A model generated the notes under the pieces. The model was not told the origin of the DNA, made no database searches, and worked only from the letters and a program-made list of their open reading frames with translations. Of a DNA stretch of 64,000 nt, positions 13,007 through 26,995 are shown one piece after another. Position 1 is the first letter of the stretch. Every line of letters begins with the position of its first letter. The stretch is from Lama glama. Its lineage: Eukaryota. The stretch spans positions 8,806,001 to 8,870,000 of the forward strand of contig CM052818.1 of the NCBI GenBank assembly GCA_028534125.1. The letters are read 5' to 3'. Both the position numbers and the translations under genes were made by a program.

Positions 13007-13085
13007 TTATATAAAGAGCTTCCTGAGAAAGGAAGTAGAAGGAAGAGGAAATATAATAATTCCATCATTGCCTATAAAAGAAAAT

Positions 13086-13180
13086 TAGGGTGACTAACTG
13101 TTCTGGTTCCTCAGGGACTGAGGAATTTCTTAGGACATGGGACTTTTAGTGCTAAAACCAGGATGAGCTACTCATCCGAT
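13086..13180. mobile_element. MER81-like DNA transposon (second copy at ~18678-18785)
   Basis: tagggtgactaactgttctggtt...gggacttttagtgctaaaaccagga. Confidence 0.6.
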
Positions 13181-13199
13181 AAAGAACATTGGGAGAACT

Positions 13200-13625
13200 T
13201 CAATGCAGCATAGTACTGGATGTTGTAGCCAGAAAAATTAGGCAAGGAAAAGAAATAAAATGCATTCAAATTGAATCGGTAAAGAGGAAGTAAAATTATC
13301 TCTGATTACAGATGACATCATCTTACATATAGAAAACCCTAAAGACTCTACCAAAAAACTGCTAGAAGTAATAAACAAGTTCAGTAAAGTTGCAGGATAC
13401 AACATCAACATGCAGAAATCAAACGCCTTTCTATTCACTAACAACAAACTATCTAAAAGAGAAATTAAGAAAGCAATCTTTTTTACATCAGCATCCAAAA
13501 CAATGAGATATTTCGGAATAAATTTAAACAAGGAGTTTAAGGAATTACACACTGAAATGTATAAGACATTCAAGAAGGAAACTGAGGAAGATACAAGTAA
13601 ATGGATAGATATCCCATGTTCTTAG
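13200..13625 (+). pseudogene. L1 ORF2 reverse-transcriptase fragment
   Basis: Translates to [10 protein letters not shown]... (degenerate FADD catalytic motif) and [11 protein letters not shown]...[37 protein letters not shown], typical L1 ORF2. Confidence 0.9.
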
Positions 13626-14089
13626 GGGGAAAATGGTAGAAATGTCTAATGAAATAGATGATCAAAGGTATCACATGATATTAAGACTAGAGGAAGAAAT
13701 TTTATACTTCAATAAAAACCTATGAGTCATCTGTAGCACACTCTCCAAGGCTGTCTAATTCTAGCCTGTTCATTGTCTTTGAGCTATTTTACACCCCTTT
13801 GTAAATTGTAGGTAAATGAGAAATATGCCAATCTGTATTGTCTAGTAGAGTTTCCTTTGACTTCCTTCCCTCAGTGGAAAAACCAGTTTTGCCTCCATTT
13901 GTAATTAAATCCCTTTATTTCATTTGAATTTGTATTCCTTGGACTTTTCCTCTGAATGAATTACAACGTCTGTCGGATTCCCTCACTAATTAAAGCATAA
14001 AACACATCTTTAACATGTGTTCATTCTTGTATCTGTTTAAGGGAGAGTCATGCTTTTGCTTTTTCCTGAAAATTATTTTTAACAAGGCC

Positions 14090-15545
14090 CTAAAGGTAAC
14101 TACTAGAAAAGAAACACAAACCTTCCAAACTATCACTAAAACTAAAAACACAAACACGATAATAAAGCAATAGGCCCAAACATAATTCTTCAATAAGAAT
14201 TAATTGATTCAAAAAAGAATATAGATACCATTTCTCTAACCATAATGTAATAAAATGAGAAATTGATTACAGAACCAGAAAATGAAAAGATCTTACTGCT
14301 TGGAATTCTCCCTTAATTAATACTTGGTTCAAAAAGGAAAAAGAAGAAACTGTAGAATATCCAGAGAATAATGTTAACAAAAACTATATAACAAAACCCA
14401 TAAGATATAAGTAAAATAGTTCTCAGAGGAAAAAAGATATTTAAATATACTTTAGTCAAAAGAAAAAATAAAATAAGCATAAAACTCAAGAAAGTCAGGG
14501 GAGAGAAAAGAAAATTATTCCTAAGGAAAGCAAGAGGAAGGAATCAATAAAGGAGAAATGAATTAGAAAACATTAAAATTACAGTACTCATAAATAAATT
14601 TGCTAGCTGGTTCTTTGAAAAGGCCAAGAAAGACAGAAAACAAGAAAAGAGAAAGAAAGATATCCCCAAAGAAAGAAAACAAAGAACATAAACAATTCAT
14701 AGAAAAGAACATACAAAGGATTCTTAAACATATATAAGGGTGCCTAACCTGCTTCATGAAAAAAGATACACAACTTAAAACTATACTGAGATAAACAGGC
14801 ACGTGAAAAGATGCTCAGCATCATTAGTCATCAGAGAAATGACAATCAAAACCACAATGAGACCCAACTTTTTGTCCACTAGGATAGTTGTAAAAAAAAA
14901 TACAAGTGCTGGCAAAGATGTGGAGAAATTGGAAGCCTCCTACATTGCTAGCGGGAATGTAAAAACAGTGCAACCAGTGTGAAAAGGTTTGGCAGCCTCT
15001 CAAAAGATTAAACAGAGTTACCATTGGACCCAGCAATTCCACTCCTAGGTATATAGCCAAAAGAATTAAAACATAAGTTCACACAAAAACTTGAACCCAA
15101 ATGTTCATAGCAGCATTATTCATGACAGCCAAAAAGTGGAAACAACCCAAATGATGAATGGATAATTGAAACGAGTTATACCATTGAATATTATTAGGCA
15201 ATAAAAAGAAATGAAGTACTAATACACGCTACACCATGAACAAACCTTTTGCTAAATGAAAGAAGCCAGCCACAGAAGAGCACACATTGTATGAGTCCGT
15301 CTATATGAAATGTCCAGAAGAGGCAAATCTATAAAAGAAGAAAGTAAATTAGTGGTTTCCTAGGACTGGGCAATGGGGAGTGACCACTAATGGAGGGGTT
15401 TTTTTCTGGGGTGATGAAAACGTAAAATCCATCGTGGTGATGGTTGCACAACTTTGTGAATATACCAAAAACCAGTGAATCGTACACTTGAAATGAGTTA
15501 ACAGTATAGTATGTAAATTATATCTCAGGCTGTTATCTTTAAAAA
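14090..15545 (+). mobile_element. L1 fragments: older ORF2 piece followed by an L1MB-like 3' end
   Basis: aaaagatgctcagcatcattagtcatcagagaaatg...gacccagcaattccactcctaggtatat...gtatgtaaattatatctca. Confidence 0.85.
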
Positions 15546-16770
15546 GCCATTTTTTAACCATTAGGAAATCCCCCTCAGAGAAAGACTAACCACAAAGCAC
15601 CACCTCACTCTCGAATATTCAAGATGAGAGCCTCCTCTGCCCTTCCTCAGGGACTCCCTTGCTTTAGAAAACCAAAAGATTTCTTCCCCTTCTTTGAGAC
15701 GTCCCTCATTCATGAACATTTCCTCTATTGCCCTAGCCTGAAAAGAATCATCTCCTTAATTGTCAGGCGCATTTTGTCCTAGGTGTTATTTAGACATAGG
15801 GTGCTCTTGGCGAGGACTGATTAGCTTTTGTAAACTAGTGAATTAAATGAAGTGTCAGAACAAACTGGTGTTACATATTTGAGCATTGATAGTGTCTGAA
15901 CCACATCATCACTTGGTCTGGCACAGGGTATTGGTTTTGTGAGTCAGGATATGCTTGACAAGTTGTGGTTTCTGTTCCACCTCTCAGTCCTTAGCACGTA
16001 CCTGCTCCCTGGTAGGTGCTCAATAAACACTTGTTAAATGACTAAAAATCAATTTGTTGTTGGCAGCGGGACAAGAGTAGTTAAACTTCTGTGCTGGTTA
16101 CAGTTTGGCAAAACCTATAAAAGATACAAATACACACATCCTTGACCTCCCAGCAATTACCCTTCTAGGAATTAATCCTGTGGATAACTTGCACATATGC
16201 AAAGGGCCACCTGACAAGATTATTCATTGCAATCACAAGAGACCAGAAGTCTCCTAAGTTTCCATAACAGAAGACTGCTTAATTAAAGGATGATGCATAC
16301 ACACAATGCGATAAAATGTGGAAGTTGTCGTAATGCAAAATATCTGAGATGTATTCACTCAGTTACAGCAACAATGGCTGCCTTGTTCCTCCCATCAAGT
16401 ACTCTCCACCCCCGGGGACTTAGCCCGGGACATCCCTCGGTTTTGAATGATCAGCCCCAGATACAGGTGTGCCTCACTGCCTCGCTTTCTTCAGGCCTCG
16501 GCTCAAATGTCCCTTAATCGGCAAGGCTTTCACTGACCACCCCGCGTAAAATAGCAACCCCACCCCGCCCCGCCCCAACACACGCGGTCCCAGAGATCAC
16601 AAACCCTGGCCAGGACCCCCGACAAACCCAGCTCATGGTCTAGCCCTGCCTTCCTCTCCCAGCTCTTCACTTACTTCTCTTCCTGCTCCTTATTTTCCAG
16701 CAAGAAAGCCCTCCCCACTCTAAGGACTCCGCTCACAGGGTCCCTTTCCTTTAAGTTCCCATTTTCATAA

Positions 16771-17480
16771 TGAAGGGGTCCAGAATATACCACTGAAAAG
16801 GTTTTTTCCCCTGAACTTTTATCTGCCTAAAAGCAGAGCCTCCCAAAAGAATTCAACTGTCATAAATGCCCTAAGACTTTGGCACCAGGAAACGTGAACT
16901 CTTTTTACGGGAGGAGGTAATTAGGTTTACTTATTTAAGTGGAGGGACTGGGGGTTGAACCCAGGACCTTGTGCACGCTGGGCAGGCACTTTACCACTGA
17001 GCTATCCCCTCCCCAAAAGTGAATTCTTATCACCCAGAGAAGTTGCAAGGGGGATAAGAAATCACACAGACATTGTCACTAAACTATCACACCTCCCATC
17101 CATTTCACTAAGGGCCATATTTCTTTCCTTAAAGTCTTTTATTATCCCATAACTGCCTTTCTCCCTCACTCCTTCCCCTATTAAGATAGGATATAAACCC
17201 CAAATTCTAGAGTATACATGTCTGTCCTAGGTGCTGCCAAGAGGGGACAAGTGATGAGTCACATTTTTGAGTAAGCTCTTGCATACATTCGTGAAAAAAA
17301 TTTTGAGTCTTTTGATTCTGAATCACATTTTTCTCTTTGAGTCACATTTTTCTGTGAACTCCTGCCTATATTCATAAATAAAATTGTCTTTTCTCTTGCT
17401 AACTTCTTTTATCACTTTAATTCACAGGCTCCCAGTCACTAAACCTAAGAGGGTAGAGGAAAAGTTTTTCCTCCCTGACA
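16771..17480 (+). mobile_element. ERV1 LTR (MER39-like) with a SINE insertion
   Basis: TGAAGGGGTCC start; AATAAA (~17377); end aacctaagagggtagaggaaaagtttttcctccctgaCA resembles the provirus LTR end; no clean TSD. Confidence 0.75.
16904..17014 (-). mobile_element. tRNA-derived SINE (Vic-1-like)
   Basis: Head ...accactgagctatcccctcccc; imperfect TSD AAACGTGAACTCTT / AAAAGTGAATTCTT. Confidence 0.85.
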
Positions 17481-17883
17481 GTTGTCACCATCTAAGAGGG
17501 GTCTTCCCTAACCATTTTGTCTCAGTTAGGTGTCTGCCCCCTTTTGTAGCATTAATCATAAGTTTATGACTTAATTTATTTGTCTGCTTATTGGGTTTTT
17601 GTCTGAGCTTCCACTAGAGTGTAAGATGTGTGGAGGCAGGGGCAGTACTCATCTCATCCATCACTGAGTTCCCAGGGCCCTGCGTGCTGCGCGGCCTGTA
17701 ATAGCTCATGAAATGCTCAGTGAATGAGTGGATGAAGAACTCCATCCATAGCTCAGGGATTTACTGCTGAGTCTGAAGCTCATCTCAGTCCTACACTCAC
17801 TCACTGAGAACTTGTGAGGTGTCACGATCGTGCTCGGTGTTAGCAGTACACAGAGACCTGCTCCACGGTGCTGAGGCACTCAC

Positions 17884-17964
17884 CGGAGAAGCAGCACGTC
17901 CTCTAGGCCCTGTGCGGGGCACATCTGAGGAAGAAGACCTAATCTCTCCCTCGAGAAGAATCTA
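17884..17964 (-). CDS. Candidate 78/81-nt internal exon with NAGNAG acceptor
   Basis: Long polypyrimidine tract ...ttcctttttctcctcccctcttccacatCAGTAG, donor CCG|gtgagt. Open as ILLEGEIRSSSSDVPRTGPRGRAASP or RFFSRERLGLLPQMCPAQGLEDVLLLR. Confidence 0.4.
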
Positions 17965-19557
17965 CTGATGTGGAAGAGGGGAGGAGAAAAAGGAACCCAT
18001 GTGAAAAGGAGCTTGGAAACTAACCCAACTCCAAGTACGGCTATTTGGTACACACACAGAACATAGTGTGAAACTAGTCTCTTGGCCTTTGTTTGGGAAG
18101 GCATTCACGTCACTCTGTCAATTACGCTGGATGGAGCTCGTGTTACCTCTGCTTCACTTATACACCTGAGCCCGAGGAGCACCTGTCCCCCGGGCACTCA
18201 GACCCGCTGACAGGCATCGCTGGTGCCCTCTTGGCAGCACCTAGGACAGACATGTACACTCCAGAAAGCCTTGCAGGACAGCCTCCCTGCCTCAGTCAGG
18301 GCCTCTTAAGCCAAAAGTGCCAAAGATGCACCAAAGTTAACTCCTTGACCCCCACCAAAAAAAGTTAATAAATAAAAAGGAGAGTTTGTTGAAAATTTTC
18401 AATGCACAGCAACTGGAGAGGACCTAAATGGCCAGGCTAGGCCTAGTGTTCTCAGAGCACATCCTCAGTTCTTCAGATCCCCAAGTCCCCACTTCCAAGT
18501 TCTCTCATCCTTCCATGCTAGACCTCAAGTCTTTGGTGCTGGCTGGCCTCTGGGCAGAAAGCCCTTGGGTCAGATGTCCACAGTCTGGTGCAATTAGCCC
18601 CACCCTGGGCAAGGGTGCATGGTATAAGGCAAGGCCCCTCAGCCAGAGGGGATGACCCCAGAAGAGGACGGAATTAGGTAGAGTGATCAACCTTTGTGCA
18701 GGCCTGAGAGATTTCACTGGAAGTTTGACTTTTAGGGCTAAAACCAGGGAAGTTCCAGGCAAAGCCAGGTGAGCTGATTACCAGTGCAGCCAACAGCACA
18801 TCTGTTTCCCATCCATATATATTATTAATTCTGAGGAACACATTTTTTCACATTTAACATCACTGAAATCACTATGAGTCTTCAGATTGGTGGTATCCTG
18901 CAACGGCTGTCAGCTGGGATTGAAGCCCAGTTCTCCAGGAGAGGATGTGTGTTTGGCAGTCATTTCCGGGGCACTCTCAACTTGAGACTACCTTAAACTC
19001 ATTTTCTGCTTGAGCTTTCCAGACAATACTTACAGTGCAAATTCAGACCTGCCTGAGGACAGGCTTGTGGTTAAAATTCTCAGGAGAGAATTGTTTTCCT
19101 TCCCTCTATGCGGTGCCAAGATTAAGACACACACATTTCCAGCCAGTCTCTTCTTTGAGAAAATGTCCGTATCTCTGGTGTACCAGTTCTTATGTGGAGT
19201 CTCCCTCTTTGTCACTTTTTTCTTGCTTAATGGGGCATAAAATAATGATACAGTTTACAGCTGATGGTGTCTCAGATTGGATGAAATATGGATAATCAAC
19301 CTTCCACAGTTCGCACTGGGGCGGAGGGTCAGTGTTGGTGCTGGAAGGAGGCACAGTGCTGGGCACTCTGGGCACTTGGGGCTGGATGCAGAGAATATAG
19401 ACACCCTTCCTCCTTCCAGGCCTCTTGGTCCTCGTGAGCCTTATGCTAAGCTCAAAATTCATTTCATGGACCTGCACAGCCCAGCTCATTTAAAAAGCTC
19501 TTCTTTGCAAGTTCCTCCAAAAAGTTCAGTGTTTAGAAATATCAATAGCTTTCCCTA

Positions 19558-20053
19558 TGTTGGGGAGGGGAAATTTCCCCTCTACCTTTCTTGGTTCTTT
19601 TGGCTGATCTAATAATTAAATTGACACAAGGCAGACTAACAGGAAGGAAAAAACAAATTTAACTTCATACATACAGACGAAAGAAACAAATTTAACTTCT
19701 CATCACTATAAGACCCAAAGAGTAACCAAAGCAGGCTGTTTATATATCTTTTAGACAAAAACCCAATAAATCTGTAGAGAACAAGACAAAGAAACTTAGG
19801 TTTATGTACTAATTAAGGAAGAAACTAAGCAGAGTTTGTTTGCAAGCCTTCTTGGCCCTGGATTCCCTATCTCTGGTGATAAGGATGTATGTCCACTTCC
19901 TGGTATAGAGGATACCTTTCATATGGGAGATTTATTTTCTGCTTTCAAGGGGACAGAGGAGGGTCAGAGTGTCCTTCTTCTGCTGGCTGTTCCTCAAGTA
20001 ACTTTAATTTAAAATAATCAATGTGCCAAAGTGGTCTGCCTTAAGCCCCATTG
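19558..20053 (-). repeat. 3' LTR of the provirus
   Basis: Homologous to 31025-31518 (e.g. ttcttttggctg.tctaataattaaattgacac). The adjacent 20054-20066 reads as a purine-rich PPT on the minus strand (cagaggagggaac). Confidence 0.9.
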
Positions 20054-21633
20054 GTTCCCTCCTCTGAAACTTCCCTGAAAGTTTCATAATTAAAAGCTGA
20101 GTTGATGACTGCAGAGAGCCGAATAGGTTAGGAGCTGAATGGCAGATTGTTCCACATCTCACTGAACCAGTTTCTTAGTCCTGAGAATAGGTCAGATCAG
20201 CTAAACTCATTTTAGGATGCAATGATGCAAGTGGGCTTCCAAATTTAGGCCTCTAATTGCACAAGCGATCAGGTACTTATTAAGAGGCATTTCTATGGAA
20301 ACAAAAGAAAAACAATGGTTAGTGATTGGAGCAAATTATAAATCAGATTCTGAGTTCTGAGGAGAGCCAGTCAAGATTTCTAGATGTTAGGTTCAAAGCA
20401 TCTTTAGCTGGAGTGAGGGCAAGCAGTGCAATCTGATAGCTTTCCCTGGGTTGTAATTTGAATGTCTCTGGTGTGTTCTTTCTGAGTGGCCACACAGCAA
20501 CAGGCACAAAGACTGTCCACACACAAGCTGTTGGGGTGTCTTCTCTGAGGTTTGTATCAGGTTGTCCAACCTTAGCTTACATGGTTTCAGAAAAAGGGTA
20601 GTTTAAGCTCTCAATGATTTTTAAGCCAGAAGGGTAGAAGATAAATTGGAAATGTTAGTTTGGAAAGCTTTAGCCAGATATTGGAGTAAACTAGAATTCT
20701 CTACCTCGTCAGTTTACAGGTAGATAACAAAACCACAAAGACAGCTAACAGAACTAGAATTTAATAGCCATAAGGGTGTATCATAGTTTCTATTGACATA
20801 TAATTTTTCTCTCTTCTAATTACGCTCATTTTTATCAAAGATAACCATGGTGAGACTAATTTGTTTCCAGTTTAAGTCTAGTTTTAATGAACTTGGCCTG
20901 GTTATTTATGTAAGTGCAGCAAGAAAAATGACTGATCATATATAGGCTCTTATAAGTTTGCTTTGTTGGAACTTTTCATAAGGAATCTCAGATTGGATTT
21001 TTTTTTTTAAAGCCTCTTGAGGCTAAGATGCCAAGCCAAGGACTTGCCATGAGACTTAGCCTGCAATATCTACAGATTTGGATTAATTTCCTTCTTCTCA
21101 AAGTGGCCCAAATACCCTGAGGTTCCTGGGCTGTCCAGGAAATAACTTTCCTTACTCAGCTGGTCAGGCTGCTGGGAAGCCTGTGAGCAAGGCACCAGAT
21201 GGATATTTCCCAGAGGATTTATTGGCTCCATAAGGTCAGTCGTAGTTCCTTAGAACTGCCTGGTCATACTGGAGTCTATGCGCATCATTCTCAAATACAA
21301 CATTCTAGTCAAGCTTTGGTAATATAACCAATGTTTCCAGTTATGTCTTGTTACAAGGAGAACAGATTATTAGTGAACCTACGCAAATAACTATACTGCC
21401 ATGAAAATACAAGAATACCCACTGAGAGTTTCTGAAGTCTGCAGGGATCAGGTAGGGAGAAAAAGATACATGTTTTATCTCTGCTCTAAGTCATAGGTAG
21501 CTTAAGAGAAAAGAGAAAAGGTTTCCTTAAATTTGGGAAAATAAAACATTAAAGAACCAGCTATATTTCAAACAAAATGTTATAGAAATTATAATCATCC
21601 TCTTTAGTTCATTCAGTCTCATGTAATTAATTC

Positions 21634-21886
21634 TTTTGTTTGTTGGTTTGTTTAAATTATAGCACATATTTAAAATTTAAATTTTAATTTTTTAAACTTT
21701 TTTTATTGAGTTATAGTCATTTTACAATGCTGTGTCAAATTCCATTGTAGAGCACAACTTTTCAATTATACATGAACATACATATATTCATTGTCACTTT
21801 TTTTTTCACTGTGAGCTACCACAAGATCTTATATATATTTCCCTGGGCTATACAGTTTGTTTATCTATTCTACATATGCCTGCCAG
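21634..21886 (-). mobile_element. Young camelid-type L1 3' end inserted in the provirus
   Basis: ttattgagttatagtcattttacaat...gtgagctaccacaagatct; perfect 15-bp TSD TCATGTAATTAATTC at 21619-21633 and 21887-21901. Confidence 0.92.
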
Positions 21887-23254
21887 TCATGTAATTAATT
21901 CCTGTTGATCTTAATCTTTTGTGAGAAATTTTATGAAGCCATCAGTTTTTCTATTAGAGTTCTGCAAATTCTTACCCAGTTCAGTGGTATGATCTGCAAA
22001 CTATCAGAAACCTGTATTCTAGAGCACCTGTCACAGTCCCTTCCATGAATCTCTCTGAAGGTGACTTTTGCAAAAGTATCGGAATAAAACAGTAACTTCT
22101 GTAAATGATAACTTTAAAATGCCCACAGTAAAGATCTGATGAGCATTCATTATAATGCAATTGGCAAGGAAATTTGGTTATTTTTGTGCCGTATAACATC
22201 TTAAGATAATAACTAGAATTACTACTTATAACATTATACCAGGACATATTAGAATTTCAAGAATTTTATATAATTTCTGGAATACTTCCATTAATAACAT
22301 ATATCCATACAAATATAATTGAAGAATGTTTAACATCACTATCTGACAATGTTTCCCATGTAATATAATATACAAGTCTAATTAGATTAATATCTTTTAT
22401 GAGGAAAGAGAATAAATCTTCTAAGATGTTCCAGGGGTCCTCTAAAACAGCTCAGATCTCAGTTCTAAGTCAAAAAGACTTCAGTTGATTTTGGGAAGTT
22501 TGTCAAAAGTATCAAAGAGGTTTTAAGACACTTGGTCAAATAGGATCATAGGTCACTGTGAAACAATACCTACTTATCCATTTAACCATAGTGACAATTA
22601 AAGACTTTGCAGGCAAAAATACACAAAGTTAAATAGTTGTTTAAAAAAAAAAAAGAAAAACACCTCAGCTCTTTAAAAGAGAAGACTCAGGATTTTCCTC
22701 TTTTTTTTCTTTTCTTTTCTTAAATAACCTCTAACTTATTTGTACAGAATTTTACTTTAAAAACTATTATCTGTGTTAAAGCCTTTCACAACTATATGAG
22801 GCAGACAAGCTAAACTGTATTAGCCCCATTTTATAGGCAAGAGTGGAAACATTATTCCCATATTTAGTGTAAGACAGATCTGGGATGCAAACCCTGAGCT
22901 TCCTCATTTATAACTGCTATTTTCTCACGGCTTTTTGATACACTTTAGGCTCTCGGGAACACTGGCCTGAAGATGGGTTGTTAAATTACTAAACCATTCT
23001 CCAGTTAGAACTGCTTTGCCAGAAGAAAGGTAAATAGGAAAAAATACCATATGTACAAGCCTTTATGAAATCCCATAATGAGGAAGGTAATAACCGGCAG
23101 GGCCCGGGGCTCTTAGCCATTTTAAAGACCCCTACAACAGTTGCCACCCAAGAGCCTTAGGTACAACTGACAGTGGGGTCTCAACTAGTGCACTTTCTAA
23201 CTTCTAAACTTCTGTCCCAGCACCAATGCCTCAACTGCTGTTATGACCTCTGGA

Positions 23255-26200
23255 ATGCAAATTTTGAGAAAGGGAGTAATTTGGAAACAAATAGAAATCT
23301 TAAATGTCTTCCACAGAAGTTAGTAAAAAGGTTTAGCTATCTAGACACGACAATCTGATTTGTTCCATCTGCCTGAAACCCAATTTGAATCCAACCTCTT
23401 GTAACTGATGAGTCTTACATTGTTGTACCTGATTCATGGCTAAGATTTTGAAATGGAAACTATGAGGTCTCTCTGTGTGTTTGTACATATCTACATGTGT
23501 GTTGTAGATATGTGGCATTGCCAAAATTAATTTGTAAAAGAGCTCTATTTAACTGGCTTAAAGAAAATTAAATGCTTTTATAAATACTCAGGAAAAAAGA
23601 AGAACTGGCCAGAATGAAAATCGGGTTCATGTGATCTAAAAAAATTTTCAGTACTGAATCCGTACTTGGTATTTGAAGCTAGCTTAAGCCTATCGGTTTG
23701 ATTAATATAAGCATGTCTTTAGATTTATTAACAGTAAACATAAAACTATTATTGTACATAGGTTTAATAGAAGCCCAATATAGACCTTGTCATATCTGTT
23801 TCAAATTTGTCAGCAAGAAAAACAACTTGGTATAATATTCTTGTAAGTAACTTAAATGCAAATGAGAAAGAACTTTTGGGTAAACTTTTTAGGAATGATT
23901 ATTTCAGGAATATCTGCTCAAATGATCTCCCCAGATATTTGGTAACTTAAAATTTTAGAGTTTTGCTAAATTAAGTTAAATGATAGAAGTTTATTAAATA
24001 GCTAGGTCATTTTCAGATAAAATAAGATATCAAACATTAATTGCTGAATATTGACTTCCTCTTACAGAGAAACTAAAGATATTTAGAAATAAATATTAAT
24101 AAAATAAATGTTTGGTGCCACCCTGAAATATTCTCTCCTACTAAGGGAAACATCTCAGTATGCTAGGAAAGTAAGATGAATGTTTTCAGTGAAAGAAGGT
24201 ACAAGGAATGGAATTACATTTTAATGAAAAAAGAATGACTTTAAAGCTAGTTGCTTCTGAATGAAAAAGAAAATAAGGAACAAAATAATATGGGTACAGA
24301 AAGTTGTGGAAGGTTTGTGAAAGAGGAGCCCTGAGAAAAGGTTTTGTACATGGTCGGGATTGGCTAAGTTTAAAATAAATTTAGTTGATTAAATGAATTG
24401 TAGAAGTAAGCTGATAAGAGACTAGATTTGGTTCTCTTTCTCTCTGTTGAGAGAACAAAGTTATCTTAAAATGTTAATCTGCTTTTAGTAACAGATTGTA
24501 AAGTTTCTTTTACCCCTTAAGTGATCTGTTCTGTATCTATCCTTGAAATATTTTTATTGTTAATGAATAAGTATTGTTTCACAGTGACCTATACTTTTAT
24601 CTGACCAAATACTTTGAAACTTTTTAACAAGTTTCCCAAATATCAAATTTTAATTAGAATTCTTTTGACCTCCAGCTAAATCCGGGATGCTTCAGAAGGC
24701 CCCTGGAACATCCTAAAGAGAGATTCTAAACTAGTAAGTTTCATTTGGTATGTTAAACAACATGGGAAGTACTGTCAAATGAATAATAAATCTTCCTAGG
24801 TTATACTGTATGAAAAAATATTATTCATATAGATATTCTAGAAACTATATGGAATCCCTAAAAATATGGTATGTCTGAAATGTTACCAGTCATAATTCTG
24901 GTTATTTTGACCAGCTCTCTTTATTGATTACAGTGTAACTAGGTGTTTAACCAGGCTTTTAAGTCTTTTGTCACTTATAAACAGTTATTGTTTTATTCTG
25001 ATGATTTTGCAAAATGCTTCTCTTCAAGGAGATTTACTGGTTTCTAATAAATTTCAAACATGGCACTAAACTAAACTGGGTAAGAGATTTTAAAAGTCTG
25101 ATGGAAACTCCGATTTCATAAAACTATTAACAAAAAAAAAGGATTAGTTACATGGGACTGAGTAAACTGATGAATATGGTTATAATTTTTGGTTTTGTCT
25201 GAAATATTCCTGGCTTTTAATCTGCGTTCTCCAGATATAAAGAAGTCCTTCTTATCAAGCTAATTATGACTTATGGCAGTTTGGTAAACTGTACCTTTGT
25301 AAGTAGAATTAAAATAGTTATCTTTTCTCTCTATCTGATCCCTCCAGAGACTGGAAACTTTTAGGTTCCCAGTGGCTTTATCGGATAAATTAGGAAAACT
25401 ACCTCGTAACATGTATAGGAATCTCAAGGTATTTTGAGGACATTAAAGAGAAAAGAATTCACCTAAATCTGTAAGGCAAAATCCATGACAAACCCTTGAC
25501 ATGGCTTTCCTGGCCCTAGGAAACCTTATTAAAATTCTAGCCTGAGACTCCTTGTTAAAAGTTCCAACACAGCCAATTTAAAAGAACCTATATGATCAAA
25601 TAATCAGACTTAACTTGTAAACAAATTAGTCTTGATTTGAGTATATTTGATAAAAATGAGGGTAACTTTAGAGAGAAAAGGATTATATTTTAGTGGATAT
25701 TAAATTGTAGTTAATTGAGGTCTATATTTACTAAGACTCACTTCCGAGATCATTCCTTGTTGTTATGTTACATTGCTACAAAGTTTAATTGAATTTTTAA
25801 AAGGACACCTAGGCTTTTCTGAAGCTCAGTAATCTATCCTTGGATGAAGATTCCTTGCCCTAGCACCAGGAAACAGGGGATTATATATACTGGAACAGAC
25901 ATGATTTAAAGAACTATCTTCAGCGTGAATGGAAGGACCCTCTATCAGGTATTCTTACCTAGAGCATGCACAGCAAAAGCTAAAGAAAATTGATTTTTGC
26001 ATTAATTTCCAGTCAGAAAGAGCCCCTGCAGGACTGGCCTACAGAGGACTGCTCACCTTAAAACAATGCTCAAATGGAGAAGCTACCAGGCCAGGATGAG
26101 AAGAAGACGACATCTGAGGTAGACAGCGGACCCAAGACACTGGACCAGGCCTGTATACCAATTACTTTGATAATTGCTCATATCTTTGCTTATGAACAAT

Positions 26201-26680
26201 TCCTGTGTAACATTTTCCTTAAAGATAAGAATTCATACAGAATAGACTAAGTCAGATGACCTGGGGATACACTGAGCTGCCCCTAATGAAGTTCTTGGCT
26301 TAAATTTTTACTTATGACCTTACTAATACTGCTAACTATATTATTTATATTTTGCCTGTTTTACAAAATTGTTGTTTCTTGCATTACCCTGTATGTGACT
26401 GAGCCTCTGATACAATAATACAAGGCAACTTGAAACAGTAGACCAGACATATACTTCTGTATGAGACCAATGACTGTAGTAGTGGGACTCTAGATATGGG
26501 AAGAAGCAACAAGAGGGAATATTTTCCTGGATCATAACCGGCTAGTAAGACAGGTGGTCCAGAGACATTTTTGCTACTGTTAATAAGGCCTAGTCCCATA
26601 ATAGCACATTGAGTGGCCTATCAATAAAATCCTCGCCTGACCGAGGAATAAGCGTTCCTAGCACCATGGGATGAAATGTC
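23255..26680 (+). mobile_element. Second MER4-group-like ERV internal region, opposite orientation, nested in the provirus
   Basis: Inverted homology to 21000-22600; integrase C-terminal remnant GDYIYWNRHDLKNYLQREWKDP/YQV at ~25870-25960. Confidence 0.8.
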
Positions 26681-26995
26681 ATGCCAAGCCATGGTCAAAT
26701 TTACGATCATGAGGGCACTCGCCATCTCCCTGTACAAGGACTGGATCACGTTGGCACTTGCCATCTACCTCTGCTTGGATTACATCACGAGCCGCTGCAC
26801 CCACTGACTTCCAACACACCCTGAAGGGAGTTCAGGGTGAAAATCAGGAATGAGGCGCTCTGTGCTCCGGGAAAACTGGCTGAGCAGGCCTTCAGATAGT
26901 TAGACATTTTCAGAAGAAGATTTTACGAGCTGAAATTTTTGCATCTCCTCATATCTAGAAAAGCACTAAAATTATTAATGGTGACATCTGCTTTG
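26680..26995 (+). mobile_element. Partial LTR-like segment
   Basis: ccctgaagggagttcagggtg...aggaatgaggcgctctgtgctc...agaaaagcactaaaa resembles a recalled cetartiodactyl ERV LTR; abruptly truncated. Confidence 0.5.

Noticed and set aside
13410..13625. 71-aa ORF as a cellular gene
   Set aside because: It is a decayed L1 ORF2 fragment.
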